DNA of 63,034 nt, the filler included, from Octopus bimaculoides (taxonomy: Eukaryota): NCBI RefSeq assembly GCF_001194135.2. It is 5 parts of 5 records of this genome, joined end to end, with 100 filler letters (N's around TTAATTAATTAA, not from the genome) between each part and the next. Parts side by side here need not be neighbours in the genome. Positions count along the whole stretch, not along the records: positions 24,775 to 36,985 come from NC_069000.1; positions 37,086 to 48,237 come from NC_068989.1; 3 more parts are not named here. The stretch is one strand, 5' to 3'. Made by a program: the position numbers and the translations under genes. Position 1 is the stretch's first letter. Each line of letters starts with the position of its first letter. Below, one piece after another: positions 24,849 through 38,500 of the stretch. Below the pieces are notes generated by a model. That model saw nothing but the letters and a program-made list of their open reading frames with translations, was not told the origin of the DNA and did not search any database.

Positions 24849-25412
24849 ATAACAATTATAGTTAACATTATTATTACAACCATCATCACAAGGAGGGAGG
24901 TTGGCAGATACGTTAGAAAGTTGGATATTTTTTCCCTAACTTCTACGTTCTGAGTTCAAATCTCTTGAGTTCATCCTCTTAAAGTCGATAAAGTTTCTGA
25001 CCTTCTTCCCATGGAAATTAATGAAAACATTATTATAATTATCATTGTTTGAATACATTTTCCCTCTAAAACCTAACTTCATCTCCACCAACGATCCGTT
25101 TCATCTACTTATCCACCATTCTATCGATCTATCAGTCTGTCTCTCATTTTGTTTGTCTATCTTTTTCTTCAAACATCTTCCTCCATATCTATTTATAAAT
25201 TTGTATGTCTGTCTATCACAATTTCCTTCTTTTTTCCTTCATTTCTTCTTTTTCTCCTTCTCCTTCTTACTTTCTCTCACCCATTTCTTTTCCTTCCTTC
25301 TAAATGTATACGTAATTGTATGCATACAAATATACATAAAAGCACACACACACAACATACATAGACACATACATACAAAATATCAATACATAGACTCACA
25401 TAACTCCAGCAA

Positions 25413-25466
<54 letters not shown>

Positions 25467-26253
25467 GCAAAAGATATTCGTGAATATATACAAACATACT
25501 TATTCGTATACACATAAGCATACATATTTCCATACATACATACACATATATGCATACATGCTGATTAATTTAATTAAAATATGGTGATTAACTCAATTAC
25601 TATAAATATATATTCGTTGCCGAACCAAAACAAAATAATTTTTGGTCTAATATTAAAAAAAAATCTTGGTGAAAAATGTCCCCTACAATAATCCTTCCAA
25701 AAAACATTTGCTTTGCTTTTTCTGTCTGTTTGTTGGTTTTTAAGTTTAAATTTTGCAAACCCACCACCACCATCATCTCCGCCATCACTATCATCATAAT
25801 CACGAACACAAAATATTCCATTATCGCCATTAATGCTATTGACAGCATTTTGGCTCAAGTGTATTTTCAAATGTTTTATAATTTATTCCTCTATTTAAGC
25901 TTAAGACTGTAAGTTTTCTATGCCAAAAAAAAATTGTGGTTATATATATTTATATACATACAAATATATATGTATACACATACATATATATATTATCATT
26001 ATTTTCGTTTTTTTTATAATTTTTTTAAATCTTGTTTTCTGCCTGAACGTGAATGACTTAGTGTTATTTTTTTTTCACATCTCTATTGAAAGAAGAGCGA
26101 ACAAAGGGAATATATAATCTAAAAATATATATTTATATTAATAATAATAAAAAAATGAAAGTATGAACACAAATAAAAATTTTTAAAAATAAACTTTTAC
26201 ATCTTCCCATATTAATATATAAATATTACTTGTTTTGCATATGTATCTATTTG

Positions 26254-26296
<43 letters not shown>

Positions 26297-26322
26297 GAAT
26301 ACTCACACATATACATACATAT

Positions 26323-26356
<34 letters not shown>

Positions 26357-27474
26357 TCGTATATATATACGCGCGCACACACACATATATATGCATATAT
26401 GTATATAAGCTAATATGTGTATGTATCTGCCTGTTTATGTATATACGTAAAAATATACCTACACTCTTACATATGTGTGTGTCGGAGGTGCGTTTGTGTG
26501 TGTATTACAATGAAAAATATATGTGCATGTATACATATATGCATTTTTATTTTTAATCTATTGAAAGTTTAAAAAGATCAAAAAAGGAAAAAAATAATCT
26601 ATATACATGTATATGCCTACGCACATATACACGCACACAAATACTCACTCACATACACACAAATACTCACATACACATACACGGGCTCGAGGCAATGATT
26701 TGAAAGTTTCATCTCGGAGTGAGTGAAAAGACACAAAAGAAACTTGGTGCTTATTGAATCCTTTTTCCTGTGATTATAAACTAAAACTTAATATGCAATT
26801 CTAAGCTTTAAACATATCTCAAAACTAATATTTCATATCTTCCACGAACCCTCCCTCACGTAAATACACACACACACATATATAATGAAGCTAAAAAAGA
26901 GTTACAACGTTGAACTGCCCGATTGCTTCCGATTGCTTGTCACGTAAATAGCAAATGTCGTTAGATACTTCATTTTAATCAATGAAACTGTTTTGACTCC
27001 AGCAAATTTCCTTTATTCAAATCAACAATTAACAAAATGGAAGTAGCATGATATAAAAATTTGAAAATTAGACTTAAACTCTTAAAAATTCGAACATTTG
27101 TTTCATGGTCACTTGATATACCCCGCCCTATAATACGTTTCAGTGGAGTGTTGCTCCCTACAACACTATTTAATATTGTCGCAGTTGTAGTTATTCAGTG
27201 TCACGTTACTCATAAGCGAGTGGACTTATAATCAACCGTATTCCAGCGATGACAATCTGCTCTCTCTCTGATTAGGCCCTGCACTATATTATCCAATGAG
27301 ATTATTATCCAATGAGATTATTATCCAATGAGATTATTTTAATTTTCTAAGCCAGCTGAATCTGTCTTCAGATACATATTGCTGTTTGGTCGAATGACCC
27401 AGGAGGCTCCCTAACTGAATATACTGAGCATTGGGATACTTCATACACAACTGGATGACGATGTTGCATGCATG

Positions 27475-27515
<41 letters not shown>

Positions 27516-27679
27516 CACATATGTTTGTATTTATATGTATTTACACACATATATATATATATATATACATGTGTGTGTATATATATATATACATCTTTGT
27601 TTGTGTGCTCCTTCGTAGGATCGTAGGATCAGCAATGTAAATCACTCGATAGATTTGAATGTCTTTCTTATCTATGCAG

Positions 27680-27757
27680 TATATACAGCAGCTTAGTTGG
27701 TTTTGGACAGCAACTCGAGTTTCATGTACAAACAAAGATATTTGACTTGTCCAGGAG
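27680..27757 (+). CDS. Candidate 78-nt phase-2/2 internal exon (xIYSSLVGFGQQLEFHVQTKIFDLSR), product unknown
   Basis: Acceptor gtctttcttatctatgcag, donor GAG|gtaatt, only one open frame. No homology recognised. Confidence 0.2.
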
Positions 27758-28169
27758 GTAATTATGGAGCCACCCTGCTCACTTCAGTCATCTCGCTGAG
27801 CACCATATAGTAGCCGCAGGATATGTGTGTGTACAGAAATAAAGACAGACAGACAGACAGCCAAACAGACAGACAGATAGATAGATACTCACATACACAA
27901 GAGATTTATGTACAAAAATTGACCCCCCCCACTCCTTCATCACGACCTTTCCTTATCGGCATTACCACCACCATCCTCACCACTTTGTTTTCCAAGAATT
28001 ATGTTTCTCGTCGAGTAAAAGAAAACAGCCATAGTTGACTGCGTTGAATGCAGTGTATTACTGGTACGTAAAACCAGTCGATCGAGTGAGAAACAAGATT
28101 TGAAACACTGTCGACAGGTCACTTCTTACAAACCACTACAATGTTTACCGACTAAAGTCAAAGTCAAAG

Positions 28170-28234
<65 letters not shown>

Positions 28235-28243
28235 CAACAACAA

Positions 28244-28308
28244 TAAACAAGTGTCACCTTAATCTGCTGATTGTGGGCAGCTGACGGTTTCCATCCTACC
28301 CAGCAAAA
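28244..28308 (+). mobile_element. Isolated Dong-like 3' UTR fragment next to (AAT)n(AAC)n
   Basis: Reverse-complement match to 7740-7804. Confidence 0.65.
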
Positions 28309-28349
28309 TATCAGCGACAACGATAGTTATATTAATATTAATGTTAATA

Positions 28350-28490
28350 ATTCTTTCTAATTTAGATCCCGAGCCTGTAGTTTTTGAGAGAAGTACCTTA
28401 ATCGATTACATCGACCCCAGTATTTAACTGGTACTTTATTTTATCGAGGGAACGAATGGAAAGCAAAGTTGACCTTCACGTGATTTTGTC
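28350..28490 (-). mobile_element. Diverged partial SINE family A
   Basis: atcgattacatcgaccccagt...aactggtactt...aaagcaaagttgacct. Confidence 0.65.
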
Positions 28491-28830
28491 TTAATATAGG
28501 CACAATGTCAAGGGGTAAGCACTCTAATAAAACTCCCCTATTATACCACTGGTATTCTTACCAAATACCAAATCTTGCAGCACGCTTTCTCTCTTTTCTA
28601 ATTCTTTACAAATTTCCATCACAAAATATTTCTGATCATTTTGCCCGCTTCACTGTTGTGGTTGCTGTTGTTGCTGTTGTTGTTGCTGCTGCTGCTGCTG
28701 CTACTATAAATATTCTTATTCTAGTTACTGCTGCTGCTGCTGTGGTTGTTGTTGTTGTTGCCGTCATCGACATGATTGCTCATGCATGTCTGTTGATGTT
28801 GTTGCTGTTATTAATGTTACTGCAGTTGTT

Positions 28831-29040
28831 AAGGCGGCGTCCTGGCCGAATCGTTAGCACGCCGGACAAAATGCTTAGCAGCATTTCATCCATCTCTATT
28901 TTCTGAGTTCAAACTCCACCGAGATCGAACTTTGCCTTTCAGGGGCCATCAAAATAAGTCCCAGTTGAGTACTGGGGTCGACATCATCGACTTATCGCCA
29001 GAATTGCTGGCCTTGTGGCAAAATTTAAATCCGATTATTA
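28831..29040 (+). mobile_element. Diverged SINE family A
   Basis: aaggcggcgtcctggccgaatcgttagcacgccgg...gagttcaaactcc...gtactggggtcgac; CpGs retained. Confidence 0.8.
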
Positions 29041-29232
29041 CTCTGCAGTCGTTGTTGTCGATGTGTTTATTGTTTCCGTCGCGACAACGACTTCAAGTTA
29101 CTGATTTCCAGTTCACGTTGTTGCTGTTGTTGTTGCTAATGCTGTCGTTGACATTGTCGCGACAGCTGTTGTTGTTAAAGTTGTTGCAATCGTGTATACG
29201 ATAATAAATATATATGTTTACACGCGCATACA

Positions 29233-29302
<70 letters not shown>

Positions 29303-29617
29303 NNNNNNNNNNACAAGAAAGAGCGGAAAGAAAAAGAATGAAAAAAAAAATGAAAGTGAGGAAGAGAAAAGAAAGGAAAAAAACGAAAGAAAGAAAACAG
29401 TAATCCGTTGCGTCGAACCGTGTTCTTTGGTTCTCACGGAGAGAATAATGTTAGAATCTTGGGAGAATATATTTTGGTAAGCTCCCATCCTTAACACCGG
29501 CTGACTAACAGTAAAAGACCTGGCATGGCGGCCATTACGGTGTTACGTTACTGCGTTTGGCATGTCGAGTTGATTCTGCTCCAGTTTGGACAGCATAGCT
29601 GGAACATTATATGCCTG

Positions 29618-29657
<40 letters not shown>

Positions 29658-29730
29658 AGTGCACATTTATATGTGTGTGTGAGTATAGAAACACAGACAC
29701 ACATATTTTTACGAAAATATGTATATGTTC

Positions 29731-29765
<35 letters not shown>

Positions 29766-29979
29766 CTTATATACGTAAATATATATGTATATGAACATAT
29801 AAACATACGTATATACATACACACACATACATATATTTTTACGTATATATGTATGCATGTTTCCATATATATATATATACTACACATATATATTTACGTA
29901 TATGAGTATGTATATGTATGTCGGTGTACACGCATGCATATTTCTTATAACTTACATACCCACACATAGATGTAGCCAC

Positions 29980-30050
<71 letters not shown>

Positions 30051-30567
30051 CACACACATGATATACATACTAGCGTAGACACCCATAGTTTTTCACATAT
30101 CCTCTAACACAACCAGTTATACACAAACATATCCAAACAAACAAACAAACACGTAACACAATCAAACGCACGCAAAAGATACTAATACTACATATATATT
30201 ACGTACAACACACACACACACACACACACATACACATATACATTGATGCATTCCCCCGTAGACAAAGGCAATGAAACAGAGACTTTCCATGCTCCATGCA
30301 TATGTTTCTCTAGACGACATACAGACTTACATGAGACAACGAGGCCAGCTGGAACAACTACGGATGACAAATTTAAAGTTTAACCGTCTTTAGTTTTATC
30401 ACCATTTTAGTTTGAATTCAATTCCATCTGTGTCTTCCTGCAGTATCTTTTACGTCTCCCCTCACGTCAGTACCAGTAATATTGGCTGTCCAAATATTTC
30501 GACTGCACTTCTCTCAAAATTAGTGATTTTACTATCTTAAGAATATTTGTACATACATACATACATT

Positions 30568-30643
<76 letters not shown>

Positions 30644-32726
30644 TAATATCTTTTAATAGTTTGACTTAGATCTACATTGCTAACTATCTTTCGCATTCAG
30701 AACTTTATCAACGCCATCCTAACTGAAACTATTAACGCAAATACGTAACTTCTACATTTTACGATGAGTACCCTGTTTTTACGTTTGTATTTCACCTGTA
30801 TATATATATACATAGATAAATGTGTGTATATAGTAAATAAAAATGTCTATATGGTATATACATATATATGTGCATAAATATATCAACATATATATATATA
30901 GATATAAACGCATATACATATATACATAAACATATCAATATATATATACATATATAAACACACATACGTATATATGTATATACATGAAAGATATTTAAAT
31001 ATATCCCTATTTTAGCTAAGTTTTCTTTACACTCACATGAGATCTGCAAAATCTGTAAACGAGTATCGTCTATAATATCTTAGCTTCTATATTTCTGTAT
31101 CAGCTTCTACAGGTTATACATGTTATAACCTCTTTGCCACATGCAATCACCAGCCTGAGTGGACCACAAACAGTAAACCAATACTTCACAAAAAACATTT
31201 TTTAAATCTGTATTTTTTAATGAAACAAATGTCAACGAAAATAAGGTGCCCTTCAACGATAAACATCCTATAAACAAGCTACCTTCATTGGAAATTACTC
31301 TTTAAGTTATATACCCTTCAATTTAAAGTGTGCCTTAAGCTATACTCTCTCCACAGAACAGTGTCTTTCGTCAATCTAGCACTCCTCAATGAAATGCTTC
31401 TTCCACATTCTTTGATACAAAGTGCCTTAAAACGAATCTTTTTCCAGGCAGAATAACTTTATACAAACTTCCTTTCAAACAATGTGCCTTCATACGGCTA
31501 TATATTTGTTGATAATAGTTCTAAACAAATTTCTTTACATACACAGTACCTCTTTTGCAAGTTAACTTCCTGTAAACTATGTCTCTTACAAAGAATACAA
31601 TTCATATAAACTGTCTCGAACAGAGAAATCGCTTTCTAGGAAAATCGTTTGTCAAGCGATTTCGCGATCAAACTAGAAAATATCAATCACTCATCAGTTG
31701 CGTCATGATTCGTATAAAACCATTTCTCTCCTAAAGTTATTTGTAGCAAAAGTAAGCGAGAAAAATGGTTTCCATTATACAAGCTGTCACCCCTACGAAG
31801 TTTCTTTCGTGATAAAGGGTGATCTTCAGGCAAATAGAGAAAGGAATCTGACATCAAAGATACCGATCAGGAGATTCTTCCCATTTTCTATTAAGTACGA
31901 TCGATTCTGAAACGAAATCTCTTCTCTCAATTTCTTTTACCTATCAAACAAAATTCCTAGATTACATGCACAAGAGCATATGCATACATACGTTTGTGCG
32001 TATGAATATATATATATATGTATATATATGTGCGTGTGTATGTATATTTGTATGTGTGTAATATATACATATATGTATATATGTACAGATAGATACGTAC
32101 GCATCTATCTATACACACGCACACACTCATATATATATATATGCGTATATATATATATTTACATGCATGTATACATACAAACAGACAACATATATGTGTG
32201 TTTTCATATAGAGGTACATTAACATACACACATTAACATACAGCATTCATATATACACAAACACATACGTATAGAAATAAATCATATCTATATATTTATT
32301 ATATCAAAATTTGACAGTCTACTCCGGGTTTCTCTCTGGGATATTCACGAACAGTTTTACCCCGTAAAATATATTTAATTCAACTTAATTTAAAACTCTA
32401 ATATTATGTCACAATTGTATTTATATCATATATTTATTTATTATGTATTTAAAACATAAACATACATGCACAAAGCCACTTCTACATACGTTCATATTCC
32501 TATAGATAGACGAGTACATATATAATAGAGATGTGATGCTAATCTAAGCTTGTGTGTTAGTGTTGCAGTTTGCATGACAAAGGGTTCGAGCCCGTCTCCC
32601 TACATATTGAAATATTTATGCAAATATAATGCTGTATGACGTCATCAAAGCGATTCCAAATCTTTCTATGAGTCTTTGGGGTTTTTTCCTTCAGTTTGTG
32701 TTTTGTTTTACACGCACTCACACATT

Positions 32727-32764
<38 letters not shown>

Positions 32765-33805
32765 NNNNNNNNNNNNNNNNNNNNNNNNNNNNNNNNNNNN
32801 NNNNNNNNNNNNNNNNNNNNNNNNNNNNNNNNNNNNNNNNNNNNNNNNNNNNNNNNNNNNNNNNNNNNNNNNNNNNNNNNNNNNNNNNNNNNNNNNNNNN
32901 NNNNNNNNNNNNNNNNNNNNNNNNNNNNNNNNNNNNNNNNNNNNNNNNNNNNNNNNNNNNNNNNNNNNNNNNNNNNNNNNNNNNNNNNNNNNNNNNNNNN
33001 NNNNNNNNNNNNNNNNNNNNNNNNNNNNNNNNNNNNNNNNNNNNNNNNNNNNNNNNNNNNNNNNNNNNNNNNNNNNNNNNNNNNNNNNNNNNNNNNNNNN
33101 NNNNNNNNNNNNNNNNNNNNNNNNNNNNNNNNNNNNNNNNNNNNNNNNNNNNNNNNNNNNNNNNNNNNNNNNNNNNNNNNNNNNNNNNNNNNNNNNNNNN
33201 NNNNNNNNNNNNNNNNNNNNNNNNNNNNNNNNNNNNNNNNNNNNNNNNNNNNNNNNNNNNNNNNNNNNNNNNNNNNNNNNNNNNNNNNNNNNNNNNNNNN
33301 NNNNNNNNNNNNNNNNNNNNNNNNNNNNNNNNNNNNNATATATATACATATGAGTTTATACATTTCTCTGTGTGTGTGTTTATAACTGCACTCATTCTAT
33401 TTAATTAATTAATTAATTAGGTAACAAACATTATACATTTACTTTCCAATAATAATTTCTTCTTTCGTATTTCACCATCCGTAAGCAGAATGACAACCAT
33501 TTAGAATCATAAATCATAAATCAAACTAAGCAAGAAATAATCTTTGATTTTGATTACATCCGCCATGATTGAACATTGAATCAAGAGATAGTGAAAAGAA
33601 GACCAATCATTGGCTGTTTAATGACGTCATTCTCTCCATTTTTTTCATTTAACTACGCGATATCACATAATTTTGATTTCTATTGAAATAAATGTTTTTA
33701 CAGCATTCCAAATATCACATTTAATTATATATATAATTATAATAATAATCATTATTATTATTATTATTATTACTATTATTATTATTATAATAATCATTAT
33801 CATTA

Positions 33806-33863
<58 letters not shown>

Positions 33864-34210
33864 GATTATTATTTCATGTCAAAAATATCAAAATTTCAAA
33901 TTCACAGCGTATAAATTCATTTTATTTCATTAAAAAAAAACTTTTTTATACGAATTTTTATAAATATATTTTTTTTAATTTCAGTATTACTATAATTATA
34001 ATAATAATAGTTATTATTATCATTATCACTTTTTTATATTAAAACTAATGAAATTTCAAAATATTTTTTTTTCTTCGCATGACAATTCCTCCATGTTTGT
34101 CGTTGCAAAAACTAAAAACAGAAAAAACAAAAATATGGATAAATAAAAAATCTTTGTGCCTAATTAATGAATAGTTGTTCGTTTTATTATTATTATTGTT
34201 ATTTTTAATA

Positions 34211-34245
<35 letters not shown>

Positions 34246-34777
34246 GAGTGAGAGAGCAGTGCATGCCATCAAAGTGACACTGGGGTACAATTATATGAAG
34301 CCCAGTATATCCATCATGACTACCTGTCTGATAAGGGTACACCAGGCACATGCATCACAACCATATGTGCGCGACATGGTGATATTATATCAAGATAGAC
34401 AGCGCATGACCTTGCAGGTGGGGCCCAGTTAGAATTTTCTTCAGGTCAAGTAGCCCATCCTACTCAAAAGGTCTCTGAATAAGGTTTGTTTTAGGGTGAT
34501 GAACAAAACACCCATGTTTCCAGAGGTGAATTATTCAAATCCCAAAGAATTCCTCTCAATACATGGCCATGATCAGAGGGGCACATATCGTCAGCCCCCA
34601 AGGGACATGCTCAGCTGGTTAAGGTCAAACAACTGACAAGCAAATCTGTGGTATTAAGCAGAATATTTGCTGTAGCCCATCTTTTATACCAAGACAAAAC
34701 AATGTACATGATAACATTTCCAATCAGTTAAGATCAAAAGCCATGAGAGCCACTACCTGGTACTGCACCAGGGCATT
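34246..34777 (-). mobile_element. Family F element, second copy, embedded in (ATT)n
   Basis: Same ends as 6664-7216. Carries a 26-bp deletion bounded by atgat microhomology. Confidence 0.8.
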
Positions 34778-34792
34778 TATCATTATTATTAC

Positions 34793-34845
<53 letters not shown>

Positions 34846-34868
34846 TTGTATGTGTATGTGTATACATG

Positions 34869-34914
<46 letters not shown>

Positions 34915-35655
34915 AGTAAAACCATGAACGAAGCTGCATAGGAATGTCTACCCTGGTTAAATCTGTACTGCAACTGAACCGACTAAATGAACATAAATTC
35001 GACATGAAAGAACATTCGGACACCTATGCAGCAGAAACACGTGTCAGATTGGAAACCAATTTGAAATTAATGAGGATAACACTGTAATAAACAAATTAGG
35101 AAGATGTACAATTCTCCATTGTTCTTTATGATATACATATGTGTAATACTTATTCCACAAAATGAGGCTTTCACAAAAATATAACCCTAACAAAGGTGTT
35201 GTAGACGAAGATAGGTGGGTCGTGTCTGTAGGTGGGGTGACACAATAATAAGGTGTTAAGACATTCCTGCCGAAAAACTTACATTCTTTAAAGTTTTATC
35301 GCAATATCATCCCACAAAAATTCTGTAAAGTTGGTTTTTAAGGTTTAAATATTTCGAAGTATATGTGAGAGATTCTTGAAGAATTTATTGCGACTGTAAT
35401 TTTTAGGAGAGTTTTTCTTTATCAGCCTTTGTTAAAAGTTGTTTACAAATACTGGGAGGCGGAGCATCACTTGAGAAATTTTTATTTTAGAATTATTTGT
35501 ATTGTGCTGCACTATACGTGTGTGTGTGTGTGTGTGCGCGCGCGCGTAAGTGTGTGCATTTTTCTGTACATAAATATGTGTTTGTGGATATATGTATTTA
35601 TCATATATATATATATATGTGTGTGTATATGTGCATTTGTGCTTACGTTATATAT

Positions 35656-35935
35656 AAACCTCACCCAGCTATTCTGATTATATGTCTGTGCACACGTTTG
35701 AATGTGGTGTGTGCCAGAGGGTTTGCAAATCCAATGGGGGTCTTAAAAGACATGTTAGGATCCACAATGAGCGGAACTTACTTGCAGGTATTGGTAGTGC
35801 AAATCAGAGGTGCAATCTGTGTGGGTGTTTTTTCAAAACACTGTCTGGTTTAAAAAGCCACATCAGACGCCATGAAAGGGCTAAGGTGTAGGTGCAGGAG
35901 GTGGTCAAACTCTGTTTAAGGAGTAGACAACCACC
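35656..35935 (+). mobile_element. 5'-truncated LINE 3' tip encoding two C2H2 zinc fingers (probably RTE-clade)
   Basis: FECGVCQRVCKSNGGLKRHVRIH and RCNLCGCFFKTLSGLKSHIRRH with a non-TGEKP linker. The frame is closed by TAA at 35655-57 at a TA-tract edge, with stop at 35889-91 and a short tail ending tagacaaccacc. No splice acceptor seen. Confidence 0.55.
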
Positions 35936-36237
35936 NNNNNNNNNNNNNNNNNNNNNNNNNNNNNNNNNNNNNNNNNNNNNNNNNNNNNNNNNNNNNNNNN
36001 NNNNNNNNNNNNNNNNNNNNNNNNNNNNNNNNNNNNNNNNNNNNNNNNNNNNNNNNNNNNNNNNNNNNNNNNNNNNNNNNNNNNNNNNNNNNNNNNNNNN
36101 NNNNNNNNNNNNNNNNNNNNNNNNNNNNNNNNNNNNNNNNNNNNNNNNNNNNNNNNNNNNNNNNNNNNNNNNNNNNNNNNNNNNNNNNNNNNNNNNNNNN
36201 NNNNNNNNNNNNNNNNNNNNNNNNNNNNNNNNNNNNN

Positions 36238-36285
<48 letters not shown>

Positions 36286-36835
36286 GTGTGTGTGTATGTA
36301 TTTTTGTGTGTTATATGCATTATTTATATATGTTATATAAACATATATGATATATATATATAGATATATATATATGCATACATACATATATATATGTATA
36401 TATATGTACGTATATGTGTGTGTGTGTTATATATATAGATAGAGAGAGAGAGAGGGGGAGGCAGAAAAACAGGCGGATAGATAGATAGGTAAACATAAAG
36501 CTAGATAGAGAGAATGATAGAAAGAGAGATAAAGAAAAGGGGAAAAAGAGAGCGAGGGGGTGAGGGAAGTGGCAGATAGATGAAGCAATCGAGCCCCAGT
36601 AGAGATTACATGCATGTTTAGACAAATATACATTAACAACATGGTGCAGTGTTTTGATAAACTGCATCCTTTTTGAAACTGGTGTCTTTCTCATCAGCCA
36701 TACTTTTTAGAATTATTTTATTCTTGCTGTTAGCATTCTTATATTGTTTCAGATGAAACACTCATTCTCTCTATCTCAGCCCGCTTTCTCTCCCTCTCCC
36801 CCTCTCTCTCTCTCTCTCTATCTATCTATCCATCC

Positions 36836-36870
<35 letters not shown>

Positions 36871-37881
36871 CATCTATCTATCTATCTATCTCTCTCCCTT
36901 TCTCTCTCTCTCTCTCTTTATCTCTCCCTCTCTCTCTCTATTTATCTCTCTCTCTCTCTCTATATATATATATTTATATATATATNNNNNNNNNNNNNNN
37001 NNNNNNNNNNNNNNNNNNNNNNNNNNNNNTTAATTAATTAANNNNNNNNNNNNNNNNNNNNNNNNNNNNNNNNNNNNNNNNNNNNTATATGTATATGTAT
37101 ATATATATATGTATATGTATATATATATATGTATATGTATATATATATATGTATATGTATATATATATATGTATATGTATATATATATATGTGTATATGT
37201 ATATATATATATATATATACACATACATACATACATACATACATACACATATAGTCTCATAGAATTAAAAAGCCAATAAAATGGAGAAGAACCAAGCATC
37301 TTTTTGATTTTTCTTCTCCATTTTCTTTTACTGACTTTTTAATTTTATGAGACTGCTTATATATATATATATATTGAGGAACATCCTGTCAGTATATTTG
37401 GTTAAACCCAGTTGGCATCAGAATTGTTTTTAACTCGGATATTATTTCCCCAAATTCTGAATGTGTATATTATATATATATATATATCGCTATTTTTCTC
37501 GCTATTTCATCTAATTCTTTCCTTCTCTCTCAATTACTAAACCGGCGACAATTTAAAACAAATAACGGATTTTACAACTTGGAATAAATAAAAGATTTTA
37601 AAGATTGGGCGGGAGACCAAGAAATATGAACAGAAAAAGAATATATGGGATGGAGACGTAAACAACACGCACACAGCACTCACTCACACACACATATCCG
37701 TACCTAGATGGTTAGGAGGAAAGATAAGAACAGGTAGATACAGAAGCAGACAAGTAGAAACATTGTGTCTACGAGGCAATCTCACACAGTAAACATCTCC
37801 TTCATGTCACTCCATACTTATCTTGAAGGAAGAACGCATTAGATAATGTATTAATTAGTCCAAAATACACTTTCAGTGATC

Positions 37882-38500
37882 TTTTTTTTTTACTTGTTTC
37901 TGTCACTAGACTGCGGCCATGCCTGGGGTATCGTCTTGAAGTGTTTGGTCGAACTTAATCGACCCCAGTAATTATTGTTTTTTAACGTCAGGTACTTTAT
38001 CTGTTCCTTTTGCCGACCCGCTAAATTACGGGGATATAAACAAACCAACGTTTGTTAAATGATGGTGGGGGAACAAGTACAAAAACACACACACACACAC
38101 ACACTGGGCTTCCATGATAGTTTCTTATTTCTTTATTGCTCACAAGGGGCTAAACATAGAGGGGACAAACAAGGACAGACAAAGGGATTAAGTCGATTAC
38201 ATCGACCCCAGTGCGTAACTGGGACTTAATTTATCGACCCCGAAAGGATGAAAGGCAAAGTCGACCTCAGCGGAATTTGAACTCAGAACGTAACGGCAGA
38301 CGAAATACCGCTAAGCATTTCGCCCGGCGTCCTAACATTTCTGCCAGCTCGCCGCCTTTGGTAGTTTCCGTCTACCAAATTTACCCGACATTGCTCAGCC
38401 CAGGTCTATAGTGGAAGACATTTGCCCAAGGTGCTGTGCAGTGGGACTGAACCTAGGGCCATGTTGTTGCAAAGCGAGTTTCTTAACCTCACAACCATGC
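37882..38500 (-). mobile_element. Composite B-(CA)n-D SINE interrupted by a SINE A
   Basis: D tail 37882-38085, (CA)n, and B head split at tagtttc. Confidence 0.8.
38125..38361 (-). mobile_element. Young SINE family A (alternative A2 tail) nested in SINE B, 7-bp TSD
   Basis: tagtttc at 38118-38124 and 38362-38368. The A2 tail is shared with 52255-52485. Confidence 0.88.
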
